DNA of 63,323 bases, filler included, from Reticulomyxa filosa (GCA_000512085.1; 21 parts of 21 records of this genome joined end to end with filler, not necessarily neighbours in it), one strand, 5' to 3'. Numbered from the whole stretch's first letter, positions 10,854-23,754 are shown. A program made the numbers and translations. The notes: generated from the sequence alone by a model not told the origin.

Positions 10854-13143
10854 ATGATGATATTTGCACGAACCCGACTACTTCCAAAAGCATTGACAAA
10901 ATGCTTACCCTCTCAATTTAGCTATCAAACTGTGGGAAAATGGTGTGTATATTCGTCGAGATATTGGCTATCTTACTCGTCCTCTCGTTTGCAGGACCTG
11001 AAAGTCTCGTTGAGCAACAAAGACACAAAAAGGGAGAGACAAGCCCAGAAAAAGCAAGAAAAATCGAAAGCTAAAAAAGTGGACGAAGCATCGCAGTCAG
11101 AGGTTCCAACTCAGTCTTCCAAAACGGTATACACAAACCGATCATTTCATGAGCGTATAAGTACACGAAAGAAGCGTAAGAATCAGCGTCTTCGTGAAAG
11201 GCAGCAACTTGCCGAGCAATACTTTCTGGACACATTGACAAAAAAAAAAATTAGAAATGGGATTAGTTGACGTGACCTATAAAATCGATATCAAGGACTA
11301 TGACATTTCAAGACATATTATTGGTCCCAATGTTTTATACAAAGACAATAATGTGATTGTTTTGCACAAGCTTCCAGGAATCGTCTCTTGTGTCGACAAG
11401 CGTTTTTTACCACAACATGAGACAAGCGAGAAACGCGAACAAGCCATTCTTCCCGATCTTCAATCCATGCTTCGCGAACACATCAAAGTGGACAAAGAGC
11501 TGAGAGAAACCTGGCGTTTTTTGGCCCAACAAGCGATCGACATTGCAGCAACTACAAAAAATTTGCACCGTCAGCCAAGTGTTTCCACAGTCACGCAAGA
11601 TCACAACTCACCCCTTACAAAGATCGATAAATGGATGATTGAAGCCAAAAAATTGAATGAAAAATATGGTATGTATATACATATATGTATATATATATTA
11701 ATAAAAAAAAAATGATATGAATGTTTGTGTTTGTTGCGAAGGAAATAGTGACAAAGTAGAAGAGCAGGAAAAAAAAGATACGAATGTGGATATAGTTCCT
11801 TATGTTGGAGTTTTGCATCGATTGGACCATATGGTGAGTGGCGTGTTACTGTTTACAAGACATGCACAAGCGACCAAAGAGTTTGTGGAACTGTTTTCGC
11901 AAAAAAAAATTCGCAAGTATTACGTGGCCATTGTGAAAGGCATCCCCAACTGGAACGAAAAGTCGCAACAATGCTCGGTTCGACATGGCGTGTTGGAGCA
12001 TTACATCTCCAAATCTGATCATCTCCTTAAAGTCAAGGTTTTGTCCAAAAAGTTTGTTGATGACCTGTTGCACCAGGCTAATCCGTCATCCGTTCAAAAT
12101 GAAAAGTCGTCTTCGGCTGCTTCTGATATGATTCATTCGACAACACATGGTTAGAGCTTTTTTCTTCTTTCGATTGTATATATACTTTTAATCTTCGTCC
12201 TTTAATTTTCTATAAATTGTTTTAGGGCAAAGAATGAGGAGGACTTGATTTGTGAGAGATAAGGAAAATTCAGTGTTGATTATCGAAATTTTGTGTTGAA
12301 GTATATGTAAAGATCATTTTGTTGAGATTCAACCCCTTTTTTTTTTTTTGAATGAATAAATTGGGCTGGGGGGACATTGAACCAATTTCATTGAATTATA
12401 CATGTTGACAATGAATATGAAAATTTTTGGAACTTCTTTGAATATGAATGTCTATGTGTGATGTTTGCACATTATTTTTGTCGTTTATGCAGCGACAGAT
12501 GGCTCACGAACAGTGGTATATTTGGATAAAATGGGGAAATTATCTGGTGTGAAATATGATGTTAGAAATGACGAAGAAGAAGAAGATGACAATGAAACGG
12601 AAAATCAAACGTCAGAAACAAACAAATCCACGAAAATTAGCGCTGCTAGTGTTTTATCAATTTCTCAAAACAATTCAACCGATGGTACCACGAAAAAACA
12701 TTCTTTATGTTTCAAATATGACAAATTGAAATATGAAGTATTGGACACATTTGAGTACTCGGGACAAATTACAGTATATTAAAGATTCAAACTTTCAGTT
12801 GTCGAAAACATCAAATACGTGCTCAATTATCCTATGAAAAGTTTCCAATTGTTGGAGATACTACTTATCGTTGCTCATTGCCATTTTTGGCAAATAAAGA
12901 TTGTGAAAAATTTACTGAATCATTGAATATTAAATCTAAACCGTCTAAAAATCGAAACAGTTCCATTCAAGTAATCCAATGTTCGTTGGTGAATGCGAAA
13001 AATTAATTGCACTTCATGCATGGATACTTGAATATGAATGCCCTTTCACTAAACAGCTACGATGCATTGAGTCGCCTATTCCTTTATATTGGACTGCCAG
13101 ATTTGGTTTACCTGTTATTCATAAAATATTTGACCACTTTTGA
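10854..13143 (+). CDS. RluA/RluD-family pseudouridine synthase with a possible organellar presequence; several frameshifts
   Basis: Motifs VLHKLPG, GVLHRLDHMVSGVLLF (catalytic Asp) and KYYVAIVKG. Outside the ORF track: RKHQIRAQLS, PIVGDTTY and IALHAWIL, ending TGA at 13141-13143. Intron 11669-11741. Frameshifts near 11245, 12768 and 12965; exon structure 12150-12490 unresolved. Confidence 0.85.
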
Positions 13144-13503
13144 TTATCAATATTTTAAATTCAATTGAAACTGTTTGTTAGTACTTTATTTCATGAGACA
13201 TTGTGGTCTAAAATCGAACTACAATTTTACCAATATAATTAATAAAAAATAAGTGTACGCATCAAAATAGATCTTTATGAATAAGTCTAATTTTTTAATT
13301 AAACATTATATTTTTTCTTAAGCAGTCTATCAAATTAACTGTATTTTGTTCGAGCATTAAGAAAAATATTACAAAACTATTTGACAACAGAAATAAAATT
13401 AGAAGAAATAAGTTGTTAATTTAAAGAAATAAAATGATATAAAAAAAGTTCATTTTTTGAAACGAGCACTGGAAACAAAGAAATGTAAATAATTCCGTTT
13501 TTT

Positions 13504-15370
13504 TCAATTGATATAAGTGATTAAATACATTGGATAGCATTGTCCTAAGTCAAATGTAACAAAAATAGTGGGACACTCCAGATCATTTACACATGAGTCG
13601 TACAAATCGTGACAGCCTAATTTAATGGGCTCTGGTCTAACCAAATCTCGATGTCCAAGATGATAATTACCAACTTTGACCCGGCACAAGAGCATTTGAC
13701 GTGTTCGATCAATATCGGATTCATGACAAAACCGATTACTGTAAGAAGAATGAACAGCAAAATAGGAGCCTTTTCCATAAGCAGTGTCATTGGTACCAGA
13801 TAATCTTGGATCAATACCTTGCTGGACAATAGCAGCAACACATCCTGGTGATGTACCATGAAATAGATAATGTTCCCTTATGGCAGCAGGATTTGTCCTG
13901 ATGCTATTCATGCCTTTCCAATCTTTGAAAGAATTAAATAGCCTACTGTTTTCTATCCGCTCTATTTTCATAATTGTGGCACAAGGCATTCCACGATCTT
14001 TGAATAGCTGCCAAGCCCATTTATATTCTTGAGCAGAAGCAGTGCCTAGAGCAACTTCTTCCAAAGTTGCAAGTCTATTTATATTAAGACTGGTACAGTA
14101 GCACACACATACACACATTAGTCCTTTTTTGCTTTCTCGATTATTGCACAACATGCACATACGTACACATAGTACGTATACTTACTCATTTTTACTTCTC
14201 CAAACGTTTTTCCATCTTTCAAATGGAATAGTAGGTATTCCACAAAATATCCTTCGTCGAACATGTTTTTGCCTTCCACTGGAATGTGACTGTTGTACCA
14301 TGGGTTCATGACACACATATAAAGTCATGTGATATCCATCACGAATCACATAATCAATGGCAGAGGACTTCAGTTGATAGCGACACTCCACATACGATGC
14401 CACTTCCGGGTCAAATGAGATCCAGCAATGGCGATCATCCAAATATTGCCATTCAAAATTTTCCGGTATTTTCAACCCAGTAATGCACATGCTTGTTGCT
14501 TGGAACACCCGACCTGTGTAATGCTGCAAGATTTTCGGAGCAATACTCTCTTGTGCAAGCCATGCTCGATACGTAATCTGCAAGGAATACAATTCATGAT
14601 ACGCTTCAGGATTTGTATGTCCCCGAACTTGATCCATTTTTTGCTGTATCTTTTCAAGCATTGTCTTTATACTTTGCGGAGGACTATTTTCATTCAGCGT
14701 CGCAAATTGCCGAGCTATCCAAGTGTGATATTGATTCTTCAAACATCCGCCATTATCTTCACCGTCACGTACAGTCTGAGTGCTGTTCGGACTATTCGGG
14801 TACAAGGCACTATTTTTTCTTTTCCTATTTCGATTTGAAAAGTATTTACCATCTTGAAGACGGCCAAAGCGGGAATGTATGAATTTGATTTTTTTGCCTA
14901 CGCAAACAACGTATACATACATCAACGTTGCTTCTACGTATATAGTTAATACGTTTATGTATATCCTCCAATATATTTTCTTTTGCAATCTCTCCCTTCT
15001 TTTTTTCCCTCTCTCCTTCACCTCCGATAACAACAACAATAACAAAGGAAACAAAACTGCATTTCGAATGGAAGGAGGTCCTGTAGAGGCCTGAAATGGC
15101 GGCCATTGATCGTTGTTGAGAAATGATTTGTGCACGACTGCGACGTCCAACAGCGGTCCATTGATTTTGCATCTGTCGAAAGCTATGCGAAGGGACCTTT
15201 CTCGCTACACTTTGTGTGTGACTGGAATGGATGCCACTGAATATTGTCTTGTTCAAACTATCGACCATCGGCTTAACATAACGGTGGTGACCAAGTCCAT
15301 TGCGATGGAAACTGATACCAATTTGGCTAAAGTTGGCTGGTCGCAAACGTCGATATCTCGTCTTTTTGTC
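13504..15370 (-). CDS. WWE-domain PARP (ADP-ribosyltransferase), PARP11/12/TIPARP-like, spliced, 5' partial
   Basis: WWE: FEWQYLDDRHCWISFD...VECRYQ...MVQQSHSSGRQKHVRR. Intron 14185-14075 (GTAAGT..TAG). Catalytic domain LFHGTS, YGKGSYFA, PTIFVTFD, CYPMYLITY. Confidence 0.9.
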
Positions 15371-15693
15371 CTATATGTAATTCTCTTTTGAATCTTGTAT
15401 TATATGCATCATATATGTACATATGTGCATAGTTTTTTTTTAAGAAAAAAAAAAAGAAATAGCAACCTTAATAAATATTTCATCATTGCTTAAAGTAATT
15501 TGTTTTCCAAGTGCTGTTTTTATACATACATTCATTCACTTTATTCGATGTTGTTTCCTCTCTCCTCCCCCCCAAAAAAAAGAATATGCATATNNNNNNN
15601 NNNNNNNNNNNNNNNNNNNNNNNNNNNNNNNNNNNNNTTAATTAATTAANNNNNNNNNNNNNNNNNNNNNNNNNNNNNNNNNNNNNNNNNNNN

Positions 15694-15863
15694 CCGCCGA
15701 GGACACGCTCCGCACCGCGGCACAGATCCCCGGCGCACACGTGCAGGTCATGAAGGAACTGGGTCACTTTCCGATGAGCGAGAACCCCGCCAGATTCCGC
15801 GAATACATCCTGCCCGTGCTGGAGAAGATCGCGACGGGCGGCGTTCCCGGCCCAGGCGTTTGA
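15694..15863 (+). CDS. Alpha/beta hydrolase, C-terminal end (not in ORF track)
   Basis: Frame from 15696: AEDTLRTAAQIPGAHVQVMKELGHFPMSENPARFREYILPVL...TGA. GHFPMxE is the catalytic-His region of alpha/beta hydrolases. Confidence 0.85.
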
Positions 15864-15880
15864 GCCGAAGCATCGTTGCC

Positions 15881-15934
15881 GGACGTCGGAGCTCGGGACG
15901 TCGGAGCCCGGGACGTCGGAGCTCAGGACGCCGG
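15881..15934 (+). repeat. 15-bp tandem repeat GGACGTCGGAGCYCR x3.6
   Basis: Units at 15881, 15896, 15911 and a partial at 15926, in the gap between convergent genes. Confidence 0.9.
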
Positions 15935-16003
15935 TATGGACGGCTTCAGCCCCTCGCGCGGGTTCCCCGGTCGCATGCCCGGGGCATGATCGAACAGCCA
16001 ATA

Positions 16004-16807
16004 TCAGCGTGCGAGCCGGGCGGAGACCCGTTTCACGACCGACTGAAATCGCCCGGCCTTTCGGGGCTGCAAACCATCCACCCAGTCGTTGCTGGTCTCA
16101 TACCGCAGATACTGCAGGACGGTGGGAAACCTTTCGAGGAATGCTGCCGCCAAAGCAGGCGTAAACTCGCGGGTCCATTGCGCGACGTCCCCACAGCGAA
16201 CATGTTTCGAGCCGTATAACATCAAGTTGCCAAAGAGACTGTTATTCCAGAACATCTGACGGCAAATCGCTTGTTCTGCTTCCTCGAATCCCAACCCGGC
16301 GACTATTTTCGACCAGCGGTTCATCTGCCGGTCCTGCCTCAGCTCTTCATATCGAGCTTCGACACAGTTGGCTCGATCGTACTGCCACTCCACCATGTCC
16401 CTTATGGTGCTGCTGGTGGTGTTCTCCATTTCGAAGACATATCGCTCGAGTGATGTCTTCAACTCCTTGAGCTTTTGCTGATACGTACGGTTGTCGTAGC
16501 CGGGCAACGGTTTATGTAGCCACCCCTCGGAAGCCTTCGAGTGATAGTGCATCGCCGAAATCAGAACGTCGCGCGGGTCACGGATCAGATGGAAAACCCG
16601 AACATCGTCACGCCATAAGAAATCGCGATAATTCCCGAAATCCGAGTTGGGGGAGAAAAAAATCGAGGGCCGATCCAATTCTCCAATATTACGCGTATTC
16701 AGTTCCAAGTACGTGCATCCAATCGCGCTCGCAATGGACTTGAACACTCCATCCATCCAGACGGTGCCAGTCTTGTGGTGGGTAGCGACAACTATACTAA
16801 ATCTCAT
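16004..16807 (-). CDS. Sulfotransferase domain protein (PAPS-dependent)
   Basis: 5'-PSB loop ATHHKTGTVWM, 3'-PB motif IRDPRDVLISAMHY, RYEEL, and C-terminal HVRCGDVAQW. Confidence 0.9.
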   Translation of the reverse strand: MRFSIVVATHHKTGTVWMDGVFKSIASAIGCTYLELNTRNIGELDRPSIFFSPNSDFGNYRDFLWRDDVRVFHLIRDPRDVLISAMHYHSKASEGWLHKPLPGYDNRTYQQKLKELKTSLERYVFEMENTTSSTIRDMVEWQYDRANCVEARYEELRQDRQMNRWSKIVAGLGFEEAEQAICRQMFWNNSLFGNLMLYGSKHVRCGDVAQWTREFTPALAAAFLERFPTVLQYLRYETSNDWVDGLQPRKAGRFQSVVKRVSARLAR

Positions 16808-16919
16808 CGTTACTCATAAGATTATCCAACAATTTACTGGATCCAAAGCGATATGATGAAAACGATAGCGCTACTGAGCCCAATTTGGGGTTGATAAATT
16901 TAGATCAAGGCGACGCAGG

Positions 16920-17119
16920 TTACCAGCCGCCGCCGAGGCCCTTGAAGATCCCGACGATGTCCTTGAGCACCTGCCCCTCGACCACGGCCAGGGAATCCTG
17001 ATTGCTGTAGAGCGACTGCTCGGCTTCGAGAACATCCAGGAAACTCGTGAGGCCGCGGCTGTAGAGATCTTTCGAGAGCTTCAGGGCCAAAGCGTAGTTC
17101 GCGACGGCGGCGGACAGGG
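16920..17119 (-). CDS. RND efflux outer-membrane lipoprotein (NodT/OprM/TolC family), C-terminal end (not in ORF track)
   Basis: Translates as LYSRGLTSFLDVLEAEQSLY...IFKGLGGGW*. YxxGxxxxLxVLxA and a terminal LGGGW are family hallmarks. Confidence 0.9.
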
Positions 17120-17260
17120 NNNNNNNNNNNNNNNNNNNNNNNNNNNNNNNNNNNNNNNNNNNNTTAATTAATTAANNNNNNNNNNNNNNNNNNNNNNNNN
17201 NNNNNNNNNNNNNNNNNNNTCCTCCTCCTCCTCCTCCTCCTCCTCCTCCTCCTCTACCAG

Positions 17261-17864
17261 AATATTGTGCAATAATAGTAATAGCAATGGCAATAGTAAT
17301 GGCAATAGCAATGATAATGAACATGACAGTAGTGACACATGGAAACGCCATGATTTCATACTGGCCAATACACAACCATCGCTACGCTCTTTGCAGCTGT
17401 TGTTTCCTGGAAATGCTGACATTGGCTCCACATTAGCACAAGTCCGCCATTGCGTTGTTCGCAGTCGCTTTTTCAATATTCAACATGTTATTGTATCTTT
17501 TCAAGATTCTTTGTTCGAACACGTGTCGTTTGTCTTACCTCGCCTTTTCCCATTTTTTAGAGACTTATTCTTCCATCGCAATAAGAGCATTACACATTTC
17601 ACCTTGCGAATGGAGTCGTCCACAAGTGTGGTCCATCGCTTTGTCGTCAACAAGTCGTGGCAACAAAAACTGCAAGAGTTCGATGACAATATGCTGGATT
17701 TGTTTCGTAATTTTATCTCCAGTGGATTACACTTTTTTTGTTTACATCTGCCTCTACCCATTGACTCTCTCAAATACTCCAAACTTCTCAAAGGGTGTCA
17801 TAACTTTACATGTGATCTTATCACTGATACTCAAAAACAAGCGTTTACTCTCTTGTTGCACTAA
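17261..17864 (+). CDS. Hypothetical protein, last exon
   Basis: About 200 open codons after a CAG at 17258-17260, ending TAA. No recognisable domain. Confidence 0.55.
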
Positions 17865-18267
17865 AATCGCATCTTTTTGTTTTACTTAATTTTTTTTTTT
17901 TTTTTAATCTTTATGTGTGCCACCCCCTTTGGCGTGTTTGTAATACAATCATGTGTTGTCTTAATATTTATTTTTATTATCTATTTTTTCTTTTTTTTTT
18001 CCGCTGTTGCTTGCTTCCGTTTCGTTTATGAGGAAAAAAAACCAAAGGAACTATTTTTACGAATAACTTAATTCGCTGTTGGACCTTTTTTTTTTGCTAA
18101 CAACACAATACAATGATATCTGACGTTGCCTATTTTTGGAAGACACTGCATTCACTAAAAAACATTGTTAAAAAAATCATTTATGTCGCTTCCCCCTCCT
18201 GCTGGCAGAAAAAACATTATAACTGCAATTTTCTTTTTAGTTTGAACATTTTTGTATCCACGTTGAA

Positions 18268-18618
18268 ATGGAAGAACCACTATTAGATCGTCCGCCAGAT
18301 GTTACAGAATTTGGTTTAAAAAAAAAAGACAATTTAAAAAAAAACAAGAGGCGCGAATAGTAAGAGAACAAAGAATGAAGGAAAGGATAGAGGTTTAAAA
18401 AAAAAAAAAAAAAAGGAAACAACAAAAACGAGTAAGCGAACGATGTTGATGACAACAACATAAACATGGCTTTTGTATCAGCTGACTATGCCGTCTGTCC
18501 CCCACGAACAAAAGTAGTATGTACATTACCGCCAGATTGTGAAGAAGAGCAAATTCGACGGTTAATATTAGCAGGAATGAATGTCGCATTGCTTGACTTA
18601 GCCGTCGGTTCCAAAAAG
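18268..18618 (+). CDS. Pyruvate kinase-like protein, N-terminus (exons 18268-18313, 18437-18618); not in ORF track
   Basis: MEEPLLDRPPDVTEF-ANDV...PPRTKVVCTLPPDCEEEQIRRLILAGMNVALLDLAVGSKK matches the PK start RxTKIVCTIGP...LIxAGMNVARLNFSHG. Confidence 0.8.
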
Positions 18619-19274
18619 GTTTAAAAAAAAAAAANNNNNNNNNNNNNNNNNNNNNNNNNNNNNNNNNNNNNNNNNNNNTTAATTAATTAANNNNNNNNNN
18701 NNNNNNNNNNNNNNNNNNNNNNNNNNNNNNNNNNTTGTTTTCAAAGTTTGTCATATAACAAAAAAGAAACTTTGTTTGCTGCAGCAAAAGAGATATTATG
18801 GTTGAATGAGAGCACTTTTTTTTTGCATTACAAATAACTACAACAACAAAGCAATATTTGACAACTTTTAATTACAAATGAATTGGAAAAGAAGAAAATT
18901 ATCGTTTAACTTTATATAAAAAAGATTTTGAAGACATTTCAGATCAGATGTGATTAGCATTTGCTTCAGTTTTATTGTAATGTATTCAACATATTGGCCA
19001 AATTATACTGTCTCTATCCAAGCATCTACTTCTTTTATGTTGATATCCAGTTTACTTTTTTCTTGATTTTCTTATTTTGAAATAAAAGCATTTTTTTTTA
19101 AAGTAAAGATTTTTTCAAACCAATGAGATTTTCAAAAGACGTAAATGTTTCAAGTTAAACCCTATTATCAAAGAGAATCCAAAATACTCTATTGCAGGAA
19201 GAGATGTTCATTATTAACACATGTGATCGTATTAGTATGGAATTTTGTGCTCTATATGTTTGTCTATCGCTCAC

Positions 19275-19598
19275 GACGTTATTTTGGTAAAAAATATTCC
19301 ATTTGATATTCAAATTCAAGATTTGCAACAATTATTTAGTAAATATGGTCAATTAGGAAATATTTTATTACCTGAAACAAAAGCAATGGCTATTGTTCAA
19401 TTCCTTGATCCCATTGATGCTAAAAAAGCTTTTCAGAATTTAGCTTTTTCTAAATTTAAAAAACTTTCTTTATTTTTGGAATGGGTACCTATTGATATTT
19501 TTGATTCTCTAACTACTTCTTCTATTCAAAATTCAAATCCCAAGGATTCCAATTCTAATTCTAATTCTGAGCTCAAACAAGCTAAAAATCATTTATTG
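19275..19598 (+). pseudogene. Isolated RRM fragment resembling RBM19/Mrd1
   Basis: VILVKNIPF...LFSKYGQLGNILLPETKAMAIVQFLDPIDAKKAFQNLAFSKFKKLSLFLEWVP matches the Mrd1/RBM19 RRM ending LYLEWAP. No other exons were found nearby. Codons are very A/T-ending. Confidence 0.7.
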
Positions 19599-20857
19599 GT
19601 ATGTTTTTATTTTTCTTTTTAAATTACTTTCATAGTATTTTGTATATTTGTTGCAATAGTTGGATATGGAGTTGATAAGTACATGCATACATTGTTTTCC
19701 ACTTCCGTTTGATTTTTAAAGCTTCGTTCTTTAAAAAAATGATCAAAAACCTTTTTTAATGATGTTAGTATGCAAAATCACGGCAAAGTTTTTGCAGATA
19801 TTAATTCTACAATAATTAAATAGAGAAAAAATTGCACGAAACAAGCTTCTTATGACAAACGTGAAAACTCCAATAGGGAAAAAAAAAATGAACATTTCAA
19901 ATATCGTTGCTTTGTATTATAAAATTCTGGTATAAGATTTGATGATTGTCCAGAACAAATCATCTCCCAAAAATTAGACTAAGATTCGTCGTTTGACTGA
20001 TAAAACTGCACAAACGACAGATGAATAAATATTTTAATTTTTTTGCGTGTTCTATTTTTAATTTAAATTAATTTGCATATTTTTGCAAAATGCAAATTTA
20101 GAAAGGTGAAATTAAATAATGTTGTTTTTCATGGGGAAATTCAGCTGATCTTGATAAACACACCTAACACAAGTACAATTTACTAAGAAACACTTCTTTT
20201 TTCAGCGTCACTGTTTTCGTCTGTATAATAACACCAAACAAAAAATGTAATCACTTGTTTTTTAAAAACAATATTTTTATGTATAATTTTAAAAAATTAG
20301 AACGCGACATTTTCATCAAAAGTCAGTATGACTTAAATATTCTCGTCTTTTTAAAGTTTACAAATTTCGTTTTTATTTGAACTTACCTATTTGTGCGGTT
20401 TCGCGAGTGCAAAAAAAAACCAAGGTTTAAATAGATAATGGAACAAAAGGGGTGCTTGAACTAACAAACAACGTTATGCACCTGTTGTTCGTTCTCAAAA
20501 GAATATTAAATATGAATTATTTTTTAAAACATGTAATACAAAACGTTCTTGCAAGAAAAATTATGTTTGTTTTTTTTCGATGGATATTTGATTATCGCCA
20601 TTAATGATTAAAAGATATTAGTTAGGGAAAAGGTTACGTGTATATTTTAAAATTCGTTCCATTGTCAAAGTAGTTTGACCTTATTACGTCTTTTTTTACA
20701 ACCTACACAAGGAGTTTTTTTTTTTGTGCCAACGAGTAACTAACATAATTTCACTTGATTTTATTCATTTCTTTGGATACAAAAATAACTGATTGGTTCT
20801 GCAGAAACAAGTTGTGTGAAGGAACGAATAAAAAGACCAGTCAAACAAACCACCAAC

Positions 20858-21966
20858 ATGGAACATTTGGTAACGTTATTTTTTTATGTATGAAACGTCA
20901 CATTTTTGATGAAAATTTAAAAATAGACAAAAACGAATATAAACATAATTGTTAAAAATTGGATTCGAATATGCTCAATTGATTTTGGCTGGATTAATGA
21001 ATTTAATAAAATGATTATACAATATGTTAAATATATTTATTTTTGTAAAATTAATAATTAGTTTATAAAATAAAAAAAAATTGAATAGGCCAAAAATTTT
21101 ACACTTTGGAAAACATTATGTGGTCATAACAGTGGCGTAACAAGTGTAAATTTTTCTCCAGATGAAACAAAGATTGTTTCATCATCATGGGACAAAACAA
21201 TTAAGATATGGGATATAAAATCAGGAAAAGAAACTATAACATTAACAGGTCATCATGACCAAATTGACTGTGTACAATTTTCATTAAATGGTGATATGCT
21301 TGTATCTGGTTCATATGATAAAACAATTAGATTATGGAATGTAAAAAGGAATAGAATAAAAAATTTACAATATATTCTAATGTAACATGTGTCGATTTTT
21401 CTCCAGATGGAAATATAATTATATCAGGTTCATTAGATAAAATAATTAGATTATGGGATATTAATTCTGGAACAAAAATAAAAGAATTAGAAGGACATTC
21501 AAAAGGTATAACTGATGTAAAATTTTCACCTAATGGTCAATTTATTGCATCATCATCTTTTGATGCAATTATTATCATATGGGATGTAAAATCAGGTGAA
21601 AAAATAAAAGAATTAACAGGACATTCTGATAATGTGCAAAAAGCAAGATTTTCTTTAAATGGACATAATATTATTTCTTGTTCTTCAGATAATACAATTC
21701 GTATATGGGATATAATAACAGGAAAAGAATTGAAACAATTTAATATATTTTCTGATGCAGTAAGATGTGTTCAACTTTTTTCAGATTGTCAAACAATTGT
21801 ATCAGGTTCAAATGATAACACACTTCGATTATGTGATGTCAAGTCAGGACGAGAATTACAAATACTGAGAGGACATACTGATTATGTAATTGGAGTAGAT
21901 TGTTCACGAAATGGTAGTATCATTGTATCATCTTCTCATGATAACACAATTCGATTATGGATTTAA
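20858..21966 (+). pseudogene. 7-repeat WD40 gene with the lineage-specific N-terminal module; frameshifted near 21350
   Basis: Exon 20927-21025 TKTNINIIVKNWIRICSIDFGWINEFNKMIIQY. From 21089, WD40 repeats (CGHNSGV...SWDKTIKIWD). A frame break lies between repeats 2 and 3. Start codon is tentative. Confidence 0.8.
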
Positions 21967-23754
21967 ATCCAATTTTTCATTTCAAATAATAAAAATTTTC
22001 ATCATAAATCAAATTTTTTAAAAGTTTTTTATGATCTTTAGTTGAGGAATAACTTTACTCTTCAATTAGTATCAATAAAAAGTCAAGTTGTTTCTAGAAT
22101 ACTTCTAATCCAAGTTTTTCAAGTTTTATGAAAGCTATGTTTTTTTTTGTCTACTAAAAAAATTACATTCACTGCGCAGATTAAATATAGGTCCAAATAA
22201 ATACAATAAAAAAACTTAATATTTATTAAATTTTGAATTTCCTTTTTGCTTTGTCTAATTGTACAAATTTGTAATAATTACCTGTGATGCGGACAGAATC
22301 GTTAATCAAGATAACAAAACAAAGAACAAAGAGAAAGTTTATTTAAAGTGAATTGAATAAAAACAATAAAACATGATTAGTGTTTTCAATAGATATATTA
22401 TAGTATTAATAAGAGTTTTTATTATTTTATTGTTAATTATTTTGATTTACCTCCTTTTCTTCTTTCAGTACTTCTATTATTAACACTACAACATATCTGT
22501 TGAAAACACTAACCATGTTTTACTATTTTTATTCATCACCGATGTATCCATGCCTTATTTCTTTTGACCCACTCGGGACGTAGTGGTTTCATTGTTTTGC
22601 CTACGGTTTTAGTGACTTGACGAAAGGTGTTGAAGTTGATGCATATACAAAGTCAACGAAAAAAGCCTTTTGAAAATATTCAACAAAAATTTGATTTACC
22701 ATAGATTTGTATTCACAATATCTTGTGACAAAATGATCATAATTGATAATGAGCGCTTTTGGTTGAATAGCATAAAAGGTACAGTTTTTGTAGTCTCGTT
22801 ACGAATGTTGCTTGTAACTTGCTGTTTGCTGTAACGACATGTTGCTGATTTTAGAGCTTTAAATTGGGGATATTAATGTATTAGATCAGTTAGTAATAAC
22901 TGATTTTTACAGTTACTGTCACTCAATTCTANNNNNNNNNNNNNNNNNNNNNNNNNNNNNNNNNNNNNNNNNNNNTTAATTAATTAANNNNNNNNNNNNN
23001 NNNNNNNNNNNNNNNNNNNNNNNNNNNNNNNAAACAGATTAACAATAGATAATTGAAAATTAAATTATTTTTTTTGGATAAATCATTATTTTTTGATTGA
23101 TGACTTTTCTCTGGAAAAGAAAAAAATTTCCCTTTTTAGAAAAAGTTCTCTTAGACATTACGAAGGTGGTTTGGCTCTTCTTCAAACAACCAAAAAAGTC
23201 AAAAGTATACAACACGGAGCTCGCTTCTCAAGGATTCCTTCTTCAATGCACTCCTTTGCAAAATTGCAACAGTTGCCGACAAAGAAAGAATAGAGTCAGT
23301 GAAACCGAAAATATCTAAAATAACAACATCATTCGAAAAAAAGGTGTTGTCATCGCGGCCCAAAAAATACTTTTGTTTATTGTAGCTCTCCTAATATTGG
23401 CAACATTCAGGTTGACACTGTGTATCTTTACAGTCAAGAGAAGATATCAATTTTTTTGTTGTTTGTTAATAAATAAATAAAAAATCAGATATTCGATCGT
23501 ATACCCTTTTCAAAATCAAAAATAAATTTTATAATACTACCATTTGTTCATCGATCGAAATTGATGATTTATAATAGTTACATTGTAGCAAAGAGACACT
23601 ACAAACCGGTCCCTTCTATCTTTTCAAATAAATTTGTGAACAAAGCCATATTGAATCAAATCGTAAAAGGCTATTTCACCATTCACAACCGTCGACAACA
23701 ATGGTGTGAACCGGCAATCAATAATTTGTCAAGTGCAAAATCGTACAAGAACTC

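Larger units (their letters stand above)
15694..17119. other. Bacterial contig (GC-rich, probably proteobacterial), co-assembled
   Basis: Abrupt GC rise, no introns, three densely packed bacterial-type genes, bounded by spacers. Confidence 0.92.

Noticed and set aside
11239-11250. Programmed ribosomal frameshifting at A-runs (also 37246, 38833 and in LTV1)
   Set aside because: Single-base indels in homopolymers also break the essential bacterial ddl and ftsQ, so pyrosequencing-type error is the simpler explanation.
15594-17219. Bacterial genes as horizontal transfer into the eukaryote
   Set aside because: Both bacterial segments are whole contigs bounded by spacers, with no host junction or introns.
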